DNA of 63,623 nucleotides, the filler included, from Nemertoderma westbladi (taxonomy: Eukaryota; Animalia; Xenacoelomorpha): the NCBI GenBank assembly GCA_032718475.1. It is 4 parts of 4 records of this genome, joined end to end, with 100 filler letters (N's around TTAATTAATTAA, not from the genome) between each part and the next. Parts side by side here need not be neighbours in the genome. Positions count along the whole stretch, not along the records: positions 1 to 15,847 come from JAUCBJ010007070.1; 3 more parts are not named here. One strand, given 5' to 3'. Below, piece after piece: positions 1 through 13,361 of this stretch; positions within the stretch are counted from its first letter, which is position 1; each line of letters begins with the position of its first letter. The notes below the pieces were generated by a model, which made no database searches, was not told where the DNA came from, and saw only the letters and a list, made by a program, of their open reading frames with translations. The position numbers were made by a program, and so were the translations under genes.

Positions 1-1188
1 GGTTTATCACAGAATACCGGTATAATTTTAGCACAAATATATATAAATATATAATAGGCCTATCTGAATACCGGTATACAGCTTACAGTTTGTAGGATAT
101 ATAATTCTGAAATAGAATTAATTACAAGTACCGGTATAATTTCAGCCTAGATTTATAGAAATAAAGATAATAGGCCTATCGTAAATACCGGTATATCAAT
201 TATTTCAAATAATTGAATTTCTGTTACTTTAGGGTTACTTTGTTACTTTACTTACTTTATTACCGTTATTTAAGCAGTAATCCAACTTATATTGAGACCT
301 AATGTTGTATGGTAGGCCTACGATTTATAAATCGTTAGATTTGATTTATAATATATATATATACCCGTTTTAATGGGTTTTGTCAATGTTTGAAATAAAT
401 GTTATTATTTCTGGGGGTAATCACTACACAAAGCGGTGCGCTTTCAGTGAAGTGTTACGTACAGGACACTAAAACAAATAATACTAATTTACCTAAGTTA
501 CTTAATACTACAAATTACGTACAATTCGGGTTGAGATTACGATCTCTAAATAAACACAAAAATTTACAAAAACGCAAAATACGAATTTTTAGGGTAATTT
601 TACAAGAAGTCTACAAACCAGCCTAACAAAGGGTTAGAAAACCGGTTATTACACAGACAGGGTACTACGGTGTTTGAAATAATAAGTAGTAGTAAATACA
701 CTGCGTTGTCTAGATAGGAAAATGCCACCGCCTGACGACCTATAGCCGTATCGCTATAGGTTCTACGTTATGTATCACGGAGTGTTCCTACCTAGAAGTT
801 AATAGAGCTAATCGAATGTGCCTATCAACCACTTTACAACACAAATATAATGCCTACAATAATTACTTCGGAAAGTACCGTACACTAAACCCTAAATTAG
901 GTACGAGTACTTGTATAACAGATAATCAGTAATTAAATATACTTGAACAGCTAAAAGAACCACGGCATCTGCTGGAGTGACCGATGCACAAAATCACCAG
1001 TCTTTACCTACGCCAAGCAGCCCGTGTAGTACCGGGGTTAATTTAACTATAACGGTATGTATAACAAACACAATTACTGTAGGAACAAACTTGGGGAATG
1101 AATGTTGCGGATAATCGCATAAACTCTGAATAATAAATATTACGCTACGCGTACAAATTACTCAAATAAAATACAGACCGAACACTGA

Positions 1189-1700
1189 CAGACTACTATC
1201 AAGCCTAAACAAACTACGGTATATGCAGACTCCGAAATGATTAGGGAGTATGCGCTCTAACCCAGTAGTGCGACTTATTCTTTAGCTGGGGGTTTACCTT
1301 ACAGTGTTCACTGCCCCTACTGCCTAATCGTACTTAATCGGACAGATGATCTACACACGCGGCAATCCGTTCAGACTTAATAACAGCCAGACAACTATCC
1401 AGCCTACAAATTATTTAAATAAAATTATACGCTACCCGTACAGACTTACACAAACAAAGTACAGACTAAACGATGGCAGACTACTCTCAAGCCTAAATAA
1501 ACTACAGGACATGCAGACTCCGAAATGATTAGGGAGTATGCGCTCTAACCCAGTAGTGCGACTTATTCTTTAGTTGGGGGATTTACCTTACAGCGTGGCT
1601 GCCCCTACTTCCTAATCGTACTTAATCGGACAGGTGCTCTACACACACTGTAATCCGTTCGGACTTAACAGCAATCAGACAACAGCTCAGCCTACAAATT
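1189..1700. repeat. Two diverged direct copies of a ~225-bp segment (spacing ~288 bp)
   Basis: cagactact(a/c)tcaagcctaaa...atgcagactccgaaatgattagggagtatgcgctctaacccagtagtgcgacttattctttag...cagcctacaaatt occurs at ~1189-1412 and ~1477-1700. Confidence 0.85.
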
Positions 1701-1984
1701 GTCTGTCCAATCTGATCAGGTTTACACGCCTTCTGTTCAATACTGGCCTACAAACAAATAAAACTGACAGAAATAAGTAAGCTCCAAAAGAAACAAGGGG
1801 TGTACAGTCCCTAATCTCTTAAACAGCCTACCGGTATACAACAATCAAATCGAATAATACTAATGTACTTATACGGCAGTAGGTACCGGTCCGGATGATC
1901 AGGCAGTCAGGCCTACTGGTTACCGGTCGACCGGTACTTTCGACTTTATTGCTTACTGCAATAAAGAAGCTATATCCTTTAATT

Positions 1985-2950
1985 TTCGCGCTTTCAGACC
2001 TTTGGCAGTTTAACCCGCCAAATTAGAATGTCTTCTAGATAATAAATCTGCTTTTTAGTCTATGACAAGTATTTGATTCACTACACTAGTCGAAACCAAT
2101 CCGTGCGCGACCATTCACCCGCTGGATATTCCCGGGAGATTGGGTTCGACGGTTTAATTTTTATTGCTATGTAAGCCTAATGTATTATTCGACTGACAGT
2201 ATTATATAATCTCTGACAATATTATTCACCTTCGGTAATATTAACAGTTCCTTTAGGACGTGGCGCTTTATCTACATAAACAGAGTTATGACTTAAACTA
2301 CTCGCAACGATATGGCTTAATTATAATCCACATATATGGCGCATTCTTTAGGAATTGCTTCTTTAACAGACTCACTCATACACTATGCTGCACAATACTG
2401 CACACTAATCTGCCAATCTTCACTGATTTTAGTCATATATAAAAGGAACACAGGCTGACTCATGTAGGGTCTATCAAATAACATTAGATTCACTTCAAAC
2501 CACTTTAACATAAGTCACAATCGTTATTGGTAACCTTTCTCTCTTACCTTCGGTATATCAAGAATATTGGGTTGCGGGGTTATTTATCGTTATTCCAAAT
2601 ATAATTATTCATCAACCATATCATGAAGAACTGACAGCAAATAGCAGTATAAAACAACAACTGAACAGTTAGGTAGATCGGTACGTCAGTACCGGTATGT
2701 CAGCAGTGAGATATTTACAGAGTGATATTTATCAGGTTAAAGGATATATGCCCTTTATAATTAAACCTACCAGTGTACGACTAAAAGCAGTACAGCACAA
2801 AAACTTTCTAAGCCGTTCTTTCTTTGGCTCAAGACTGAATGTAAACACTGCACATAGGCATTGCGTCATTTCTCGGAAATTCTCTGTACAAGGAGCCACA
2901 AAAACGCTCTCATTGGCTGACTGAGCTGAGAGACGCCGTAGAACAAAGGA
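1985..2950 (-). mobile_element. Dispersed interspersed repeat of unknown class; diverged inverted homolog of 31645-32650
   Basis: ttaacagttcctttaggacgtggcgcttta (~2241) is the reverse complement of taaagcgccacgtcctaaaggaactgttaa (~32383); ctcattggctgactgagctgag (~2910) matches ctcagctcagccaatcagagcg (~31663); gtgcgcgaccattcaccc also shared. Confidence 0.7.
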
Positions 2951-3212
2951 AATCAACACGTATGAATGTCAGCTGTTAACCGTAGTCATAGTAACTACTG
3001 TTCAAGAGTAGCTATCACTCCTTTGCGTCACAAATTGCCATAGAATCATAAAATATACCTTTCACAATACACATACGGAGGAAATAAGTCTTAGATCCTC
3101 TAAAAACACCGATACAGTAATAATACGGTCTCTTACACTTATTAAATCAACTACAGAGTATTTTAATGTAAAAGATAATAAAAATAACGGGGCAATTCAG
3201 CAAAGGCTTTTA

Positions 3213-6200
3213 CACTGTTTCTTAAAGGAATGCCTGTTCACCACCATGGGTGATCTTCCACAGTAAACCCTTCCAATTTGTTTCCTAACGGAATGCCTGT
3301 TCACCACCATGGGTGATCTTCCACAGTAAACCCTTCCACTCTGTTTCCTAAATGAATACCTGTTCACCGCCATGGGTGATGTTCCACAGCAAACCCTTCC
3401 ACTCTGTTTCTTAAAGGAATGCCTGTTCACCACCATGGGTGATCTTCCACAGTAAACCCTTCCACTCTGTTTCCTAACGGAATGCCTGTTCACCACCATT
3501 GGTGATCTTCCACAGTAAACCATTCCACTCTGTTCCCTAAAGGAATGCCTGTTCACTACCATGGGTGATCCTAACCCTTCCACTCTGTTTCTTAAAGGAA
3601 TGTCTGTTCACCACCATGGGTGATCTTCCACAGTAAACCCTTCCACTCTGTTTCTTAAAGGAATGCCTGTTCACCTCCATGGGTGATCTTCCACAGTAAA
3701 CCCTTCCACTCTGTTTCCTAAAGGAATGCCTGTTCACCACCATGGGTGATCTTCCACAGTAAACCCTTCCATTCTGTTTCCCAAAGGAATGCCTGTTCAC
3801 CGCCATGGGTGATCTTCCACATCAAACCATTCCACTCTGTTTCTTAAAGGAATGCCTGTTCACCACCATGGGTGATCTTCCACAGTAAACCCTTCCACTC
3901 TGTTTCTTAAAGGAATGTCTGTTCACCACCATGGGTGATCTTCCACAGTAAACCCTTCCAATTTGTTTCCTAACGGAATGCCTGCTCACCACCATTGGTG
4001 ATCTTCCACAGTAAACCCTTCCACTCTGTTTTATAAAGCAATGCCTGTTCACCACCATGGGTGATCTTCCACAGTAAACCCTTCCATCCTGTTTCCCAAA
4101 GGAATGCCTGTTCATCACCATTGGTGATCTTCCACAGTAAACCCTTCCACTCTGTTTCCTAAAGGAATGCCTGTTCACCACCATGGGTGATCTTCCACAG
4201 TAAACCCTTCCACTCTGTTTTATAAAGGAATGCCTGTTCACCACCATGGGCGATCTTCCACAGTAAACCCTTCCATTCTGTTTCCCAAAGGAATGCCTGT
4301 TCATCACCATTGGTGATCTTCCACAGTAAACCCTTCCACTCTGTTTCCTAAAGGAATGCCTGTTCACCACCATGGGTGATCTTCCACAGTAAACCCTTCC
4401 ACTCTGTTTCCTAAAGGAATGCCTGTTCACCACCATGAGTGATTTTCCACAGTAAACCCTTCCACTCTGTTTCGTAAAGGAATGCCCGTTCACCACCATG
4501 GGTGATATTCCACAGTAAACCCTTCCACTCTGTTCCCTAAATAAATCTCTGTTTACCTCCATGAGTGATCTTCCACAGTAAACCCTTCCACTCTGTTCCC
4601 TAAATGAATGTCTGTTTACCTACATGGGTGATCTTCCACAGTAAACCCTTCCATTCTGTTTCCCAAAGGAATGCCTGTTCAGCCACCATGGGTGATCTTC
4701 CACAGTAAACCCTTCCACTCTGTTTCCTAAAGTAATGCCTGTTCACCACCATGGATGATCTTCCACAGTAAACCCTTCTACTCTGTTTCGTTTTCTAAGG
4801 GAATGCCTGTTCACCACCATGGGTGATCTGCCACAGTAAACCCTTCCACTCTGTTTCCTAAAGGAATGCCTGTTCACCACCATGGGTGATCTTCCACAGT
4901 AAATCCTTCCACTCTGTTTCCTAAAGGAATGCCTGTTCACCACCATTGGTGATCTTCCACAGTAAACCCTTCCACTCTGTTCCCTAAAGGAATGCCTGTT
5001 CACCACCATTGGTGATCTTCCACAGTAAACCCTTCCACTCTGTTCCCTAAAGGAATGCCTGTTCACCACCATGGGTGATCCTAACCCTTCCACTCTGTTT
5101 CTTAAAGGAATGTCTGTTCACCACCATGGGTGATCTTCCACAGTAAACCCTTCCACTCTGTTTCTTAAAGGAATGCCTGTTCACCACCATGGGTGATCTT
5201 CCACAGTAAACCCTTCCACTCTGTTTCCTAAAGGAATGCCTGTTCACCACCATTGGTGATCTTCCACAGTAAACCCTTCCACTCTGTTCCCTAAAGGAAT
5301 GCCTGTTCACTACCATGGGTGATCCTAACCCTTCCACTCTGTTTCTTAAAGGAATGTCTGTTCACCACCATGGGTGATCTTCCACAGTAAACCCTTCCAC
5401 TCTGTTTCTTAAAGGAATGCCTGTTCACCACCATGGGTGATCTTTCACAGTTAACCCTTCCACTCTGTTTCCTAAAGGAATGCCTGCTCACCACCATGGG
5501 TGATCTTCCACAGTAAACCCTTCCATTCTGTTTCCCAAAGGCATGCCTGTTCGCCGCCATGGGTGATCTTCCACAGCAAACCATTCCACTCTGTTTCTTA
5601 AAGGAATGCCTGTTCACCACCATGGGTGATCTTCCACAGTAAACCCTTCGAATTTGTTTCCTAACGGAATGCCTGGTCACCACCATGTGCGATCTTCCAC
5701 AGTAAACCCTTCCATTCTGTTTCCCAAAGGAATGCCTGTTCATCACCATTGGTGATCTTCCACAGTAAACCCTTCCACTCTGTTTCCTAAAGGAATGCCT
5801 GTTCACCACCATGGGTGATCTTCCACAGTAAACCCTTCCACTCTGTTTTATAAAGGAATGCCTGTTCACCACCATGGGTGATCTTCCACAGTAAACCCTT
5901 CCATTCTGTTTCCCAAAGGAATGCCTGTTCATCAACATTGGTGATCTTCCACAGTAAACACTTCCACTCTGTTTCCTAAAGGAATGCCTGTTCACCACCA
6001 TGGGTGATCTTCCACAGCAAACCCTTCCACTCTGTTTCTTAAAGGAATGCCTGTTCACCGCCATGGGTGATCTTCCACAGCAAACCCTTCCACTCTGTTT
6101 CTTAAAGGAATGCCTGTTCACCACCATGGGTGATCTTCCACAGTAAACCCTTCCACTCTGTTTCCTAACGGAATGCCTGTTCACCACCATTGGTGATCTT

Positions 6201-9200
6201 CCACAGTAAACCCTTCCACTCTGTTCCCTAAAGGAATGCCTGTTCACTACCATGGGTGATCCTAACCCTTCCACTCTGTTTCTTAAAGGAATGTCTGTTC
6301 ACCACCATGGGTGATCTTCCACAGTAAACCCTTCCACTCTGTTTCTTAAAGGAATGCCTGTTCACCTCCATGGGTGATCTTCCACAGTAAACCCTTCCAC
6401 TCTGTTTCCTAAAGGAATGCCTGTTCACCACCATGGGTGATCTTCCACAGTAAACCCTTCCATTCTGTTTCCCAAAGGAATGCCTGTTCACCGCCATGGG
6501 TGATCTTCCACAGCAAACCATTCCACTCTGTTTCTTAAAGGAATGCCTGTTCACCACCATGGGTGATCTTCCACAGTAAACCCTTCCACTCTGTTTCTTA
6601 AAGGAATGTCTGTTCACCACCATGGGTGATCTTCCACAGTAAACCCTTCCAATTTGTTTCCTAATGGAATGCCTGCTCACCACCATTGGTGATCTTCCAC
6701 AGTAAACCCTTCCACTCTGTTTTATAAAGCAATGCCTGTTCACCACCATGGGTGATCTTCCACAGTAAACCCTTCCATCCTGTTTCCCAAAGGAATGCCT
6801 GTTCATCACCATTGGTGATCTTCCACAGTAAACCCTTCCACTCTGTTTCCTAAAGGAATGCCTGTTCACCACCATGGGTGATCTTCCACAGTAAACCCTT
6901 CCACTCTGTTTTATAAAGGAATGCCTGTTCACCACCATGGGCGATCTTCCACAGTAAACCCTTCCATTCTGTTTCCCAAAGGAATGCCTGTTCATCACCA
7001 TTGGTGATCTTCCACAGTAAACCCTTCCACTCTGTTTCCTAAAGGAATGCCTGTTCACCACCATGGGTGATCTTCCACAGTAAACCCTTCCACTCTGTTT
7101 CCTAAAGGAATGCCTGTTCACCACCATGAGTGTTTTTCCACAGTAAACCCTTCCACTTTGTTTCGTAAAGGAATGCCCGTTCACCACCATGGGTGATATT
7201 CCACAGTAAACCCTTCCACTCTGTTCCCTAAATAAATCTCTGTTTACCTCCATGAGTGATCTTCCACAGTAAACCCTTCCACTCTGTTCCCTAAATGAAT
7301 GTCTGTTTACCTACATGGGTGATCTTCCACAGTAAACCCTTCCATTCTGTTTCCCAAAGGAATGCCTGTTCAGCCACCATGGGTGATCTTCCACAGTAAA
7401 CCCTTCCACTCTGTTTCCTAAAGTAATGCCTGTTCACCACCATGGATGATCTTCCACAGTAAACCCTTCTACTCTGTTTCGTTTTCTAAGGGAATGCCTG
7501 TTCACCACCGTGGGTGATCTGCCACAGTAAACCCTTCCACTCTGTTTCCTAAAGGAATGCCTGTTCACCACCATGGGTGATCTTCCACAGTAAATCCTTC
7601 CACTCTGTTTCCTAAAGGAATGCCTGTTCACCACCATTGGTGATCTTCCACAGTAAACCCTTCCACTCTGTTCCCTAAAGGAATGCCTGTTCACCACCAT
7701 TGGTGATCTTCCACAGTAAACCCTTCCACTCTGTTCCCTAAAGGAATGCCTGTTCACCACCATGGGTGATCCTAACCCTTCCACTCTGTTTCTTAAAGGA
7801 ATGCCTGTTCACCACCATGGGTGATCTTCCACAGTAAACCCTTCTACTCTGTTTCCTAAAGGAATGCCTGTTCACCACCATTGGTGATCTTCCACAGTAA
7901 ACCCTTCCACTCTGTTCCCTAAAGGAATGCCTGTTCACTACCATGGGTGATCCTAACCCTTCCACTCTGTTTCTTAAAGGAATGTCTGTTCACCACCATG
8001 GGTGATCTTCCACAGTAAACCCTTCCACTCTGTTTCTTAAAGGAATGCCTGTTCACCACCATGGGTGATCTTCCACAGTTAACCCTTCCACTCTGTTTCC
8101 TAAAGGAATGCCTGCTCACCACCATGGGTGATCTTCCACAGTAAACCCTTCCATTCTGTTTCCCAAAGGCATGCCTGTTCGCCGCCATGGGTGATCTTCC
8201 ACAGCAAACCATTCCACTCTGTTTCTTAAAGGAATGCCTGTTCACCACCATGGGTGATCTTCCACAGTAAACCCTTCCACTCTGTTTCTTAAAGGAATGC
8301 CTGTTCACCACCATGGGTGATCTTTCACAGTAAACCCTTCGAATTTGTTTCCTAACGGAATGCCTGTTCACCACCATGTGTGATCTTCCACAGTAAACCC
8401 TTCCATTCTGTTTCCCAAAGGAATGCCTGTTCATCACCATTGGTGATCTTCCACAGTAAACCCTTCCACTCTGTTTCCTAAAGGAATGCCTGTTCACCAC
8501 CATGGGTGATCTTCCACAGTAAACCCTTCCACTCTGTTTTATAAAGGAATGCCTGTTCACCACCATGGGTGATCTTCCACAGTAAACCCTTCCATTCTGT
8601 TTCCCAAAGGAATGCCTGTTCATCAACATTGGTGATCTTCCACAGTAAACACTTCCACTCTGTTTCCTAAAGGAATGCCTGTTCACCACCATGGGTGATC
8701 TTCCACAGTAAACCCTTCCACTCTGTTTCCTAAAGGAATGCCTGTTCACCATCATGAGTGATTTTCCACAGTAAACCCTTCCACTCTGTTTCGTAAAGGA
8801 ATGCCCGTTCACCACCATGGGTGATCTTCCACAGTAAACCCTTCCACTCTGTTCCCTAAATAAATCTCTGTTTACCTCCATGGGTGATCTTCCACAGTAA
8901 ACCCTTCCACTCTGTTATTTAAAGGAATACCTGTTCACCACCATGGGTGATCTTCCACAGTAAACCCTTCCACTCTGTTTCCTAAAGGAATGCCTGTTCA
9001 CCACCATGGGTGATCTTCCACAGTAAACCCTTCCATTCTGTTTCCCAAAGGTATGCCTATTCGCCGCCATGGGTGATCTTCCACAGCAAACCATTCCACT
9101 CTGTTTCTTAAAGGAATGCCTGTTGACCACCATGGGTGATCTTCCACAGTAAACCCTTCCACTATGTTTCCTAAAGGAATGCCTGTTCACCACCATGGAT

Positions 9201-10334
9201 GATCTTCCACAGTAAACCCTTCCACTCTGTTTCCTAAAGGAATGCCTGTTCACCACCATTGGTGATCTTCCACAGTAAACCCTTCCACTCTGTTTTATAA
9301 AGGAATGCCTGTTCACCACCATGGGTGATCTTCCACAGTAAACACTTCCATTCGGTTTCCCAAAGGAATGCCTGTTCATCACCATTGGTGATCTTCCACA
9401 GTAAACCCTTCCACTCTGTTTCCTAAAGGAATGCCTGTTCACCACCATGGGTGATCTTCCACAGTAAACCCATCCACTCTGTTTTATAAAGGAATGCCTG
9501 TTCACCACCATGTGTGATCTTCCACAGTAAACCCTTCCTTTCTGTTTCCCAAAGGAATGCCTGTTCATCACCATTGGTGATCTTCCACAGTAAACCCTTC
9601 CACTCTGTTTCCTAAAGGAATGCCTGTTCACCACCATGGGTGATCTTCCACAGTAAACCCTTCCACTCTGTTTCCTAAAGGATGCCTGTTCACCACCATG
9701 GGTGATCTTCCACAGTAAACCCTTCCACTCTGTTCCCTAAATAAATCTCTGTTTTCCTCCATGGGTGTTCTTCCACAGTAAACCCTTCCACTCTGTTATT
9801 TAAAGGAATACCTGTTCACCACCATGGGTGATCTTCCACAGTAAACCCTTCCACTCTGTTCCCTAAATGAATGTCTGTTTACCTACATGGGTGATCTTCC
9901 ACAGTAAACCCTTCCATTCTGTTTCCCAAAGGAATGCCTGTTCAGCCACCATGGGTGATCTTCCACAGTAAACCCTTCCACTCTGTTTCCTAAAGTAATG
10001 CCTGTTCACCACCATGGATGATCTTCCACAGTAAACCCTTCTACTCTGTTTCGTTTCCTAAAGGAATGCCTGTTCACCACCATGGGTGATCTTCCACAGT
10101 AAACCCTTCCACTCTGTTTCCTAAAGGAATGCCTGTTCACCACCATGGGTGATCTTCCACAGTAAATCCTTCCACTCTGTTTCCTACGGGAATGCATGTT
10201 CACCACCATGGGTGATCTTCCACAATATACCATTCCACTGTTTCCCAAAGGAATGCCTGTCCACCACCATTGGTGATCTTCCACAGTAAATCCTTCCACT
10301 CTATTTCCTAAAGGAATGCCTGTTCACCACCATA
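3213..10334. repeat. 63-bp tandem minisatellite/satellite, ~113 units, with higher-order structure
   Basis: Unit aaggaatgcctgttcaccaccatgggtgatcttccacagtaaacccttccactctgtttccta repeated throughout; all minus-strand RSPMVVNRHSFRKQSGRVYCG ORFs derive from it. Confidence 0.98.
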
Positions 10335-10415
10335 GGATCAAAGCCGGGGTTGGGCTAAGCTGCATTTGAAACACTGCTGCCCCATCTAGGGATCGAACCA
10401 AGGCCTACTGATTGG
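10335..10415 (-). mobile_element. tRNA-SINE-like head (pol III B box) running directly into the 63-bp array
   Basis: Minus strand ccaatcagtaggcctt-GGTTCGATCC-ctagatggggcagcagtg...cctatggtggtgaacagg; B box at 10390-10399; no A box visible. Confidence 0.5.
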
Positions 10416-12244
10416 AAACTAAGGAATATTGTTTATTATTTATACAAAGATTAACTAAGTACCCTTCAACCATTTATCGAAAGACTGACATACCGAAAAA
10501 CATTTATTATTTCATATTTTGCACATGCAACATTGTATCGGCTTACTATTGCCCTGTAAAGTACAATAATTAAATTTTACATATTATATAGGAACACATT
10601 TGATTTCCCCCAATAGTGTCGGCAGCTAGAGGAAGTGGGCGGTGTAATTCCCTCCCAGACACCATTCTGTCTCAGAGACACCTCCACCTCCAGTGGATCT
10701 ACGCCCATGTTCACTCCAATAACCGCTATACATCGCCTGAACACTTCAGTGGATGAGGTCTTTAGTTACCCCACAGGTTAGTTGTAATGCCATAACCGCT
10801 GGTTGGTACCAGTTATTAAATAATGACAATTATTAAAGACTAATCTAATTGTGGTTCCGCATGTTATGTATTCATTAGCATATTTAATTTGAGACATGTG
10901 GTAGGCCTACCAAAATACAGTAGGCCCTAATACTGTAGGCATGGTACGTTCCGGCTACCGTTATCACAGTATGTCAGAAGTACATTCCTTTGTACTGTAG
11001 GACTTATTACCCCTTTTGGCAGATCCCCTAAACATACTAAATTCACCGTGCTTAAAAACAGGGAAGCACTAATTGAATTTGGGACGTGCTGTAAGTAGGT
11101 AGGGGATCGGATTACGGATTGGGGGAACCAAAACAATAAACTACAATTAACACATGTTACAAGATTATGCAGGTTAGAAAGAGTTAACAAATCATGAAAA
11201 ATACTGAATTTTGCAGATAGTGGAGCACATTGACGGCAAGTGAAAATTGTGATCGTCAGCGCAAATTGTCCGCAAGGAAAATAAAGTATCGTTTATTGTT
11301 TTGTTTAGAAAGCACGGCCACTATAACCTGCTTCTTTCACTTAATATTTTAAATTAAATTAATTTTTCAATTTGGTGTTTGCGGTCATTTTGCGCCATTG
11401 TTTCGACTTTTGACAGCATTGTTCCGTGGTGTGGGAGAAATACTGTAGCATAAGAAGGGGAGTTTCCCCATGATTATATTTGCCTCCCCGGCTAAAGTGT
11501 AAGTAACAACTGCCCGGGGGGGGGGGGGGGGGGTGGTGGTCTACAAGGAGATGAGTTAACATACAACATCGTTACAAGAGCAGTAGTGTAGTTCAATCCT
11601 ACATTAGTGGTCAAGGAAATGGTTTCAACATAAAATTTATGTAGGCCTATTTGTACACGCTCGTGGGGCCTTCGCGCAGCACGAGGCTCAGTTATGAGAT
11701 ACAAATTAAAATTGAGCAATTCTATCACAAAATCGGTATTTAAGAAATTGACCAAACCGCAAATATAACATAGAGGGGAAAGTTGCCTCGCTTTCAACCC
11801 CCTCCCCCCTTAATCTGCACCCCAACCCAAAGGCACACAGAGGTTTGATGGCAGGCAGGTATTAACAGAAAATTGGTGTTTTAAAAGTAATATATTTTAA
11901 GCGTGGAGGCGACCCAATTTATAAGAAATACTATACCTTACCTTATGACGTTTTAGTATTGATACAGAATTATTAATTTACCATGTCGATGTCACAACAA
12001 ACTTATTTAGCTATATTTATTCTACAGAATCTCCATTAAATACTCGGCCAATCATTTTGCGAGATAAACAATAAGCAAGCTGTCTTAATATTCTAGGGCC
12101 TAATACTATTGCCTGTCCTACAGAATTACACTTTGCTAGAATAGTGGTGAGGTGGAACTGGTTGGACTGATTCCTAGCCCGGCAAACACACCGGACGTGT
12201 TCTAGCACATATCTGACGTTTCAGCTAAATCAGTGATTGCACTT

Positions 12245-12650
12245 TGAGATATTTCGTCCTCTAGCGGCAGACTACAGAACTGCAGACGGATGAGCCTCCT
12301 TTGAATGACACAGTTAATGGTGTAGTACAAATATGCCATGTTTCATCTAGAACAGGTTTAAAGCAAAGAAAATGTGAGGATATTTAATGTCTAGACATGT
12401 ACCCCTCTAGCGAGACACTGATGATTTGATGGTATCTGAAAGTCCCCAAAGAAATTAAACTTATTGATTCCTACTAATTTTCAACTAGACAGCTCTAAAT
12501 CCGACGAAGTTATAAGTAAGTCAAAATCGTAGCGACGATGATGACATACAGTACCATTATTGAATGAACTATTTGACATAATTGACCTACCCCCCTAAAA
12601 GATAGCGTCAGTTCGCAAAGGCTCCGCCAACTTCGTCGCTCGGACCATAT
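12245..12650 (+). mobile_element. Non-autonomous interspersed repeat (cctctagcgg-motif family, possibly Helitron-like); related copies at ~36965-39400 (split by hAT) and ~59810-60010
   Basis: Shared blocks atttaatgt(c/t)tagacatgt, aaatccgac(g/a)aagttat, gtcagttc..aaggctcc..caac; cactttgaga.atttcg.cctctagcggcagact recurs at ~59815. Confidence 0.5.
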
Positions 12651-13361
12651 ACCCCATATGCTATAAAATGTATTCGATCGCTATACAATCATACATTAAG
12701 CCGCTAGGTGGTGTCAAATTATTATTCTGCAATTTCGTACTTGTACAGTACAGCAGTACCGTACCGGTAGGCGGTAGGCCTATGTCATTGCTTCGGAGTC
12801 TCTAGCGGATCCCCAATTGGATGTCAATCAATTTCGTAAAAGATATACTTTATGATTCTTTACAAGCAACCAAAATTTCAGCTCTGGAAAATGAGGCGTT
12901 CCCGAGAAATTTAACATTACTAAAAACCACGTACAGTAATCTGTCGTAGCTGACGTCAGACTGCATGATTTTTCACCAAACTGTACAAATTTTCTAAAAT
13001 TTCCCTCTAATACTAAGTATGGTTCATAGCTTCAAATCTTTAAGGTGTGTGTAAACTGGATCTTTTACTAGTGACCGTGTATATAATAAATTTCAGTTAT
13101 ATTGCGGCCAACAGGCCTTTAACGAACTGATAGGTACCTACCTACAAACTCACTACTACAGACTGCCAACTGCACACAAGAACCAGTAATTCAGTAATAC
13201 ATACCGGTAGCCCCATCACCATGGCAACCTAGGATGCCACATTCAGAGATCTACTGTACCAACCTATAACTAATTCATTATTAAACAGCACCGGGTCCGA
13301 TCTATAAATCACAAATCATAGCACCAATTTCTACTGTACGGACATAATTATAACAGAGTCG

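Noticed and set aside
3197-10299. Many minus-strand ORFs of repeating RSPMVVNRHSFRKQSGRVYCG
   Set aside because: By-product of a 63-bp (multiple of 3) unit lacking stops in one frame; frames break at indel variants and no unique domain is attached.
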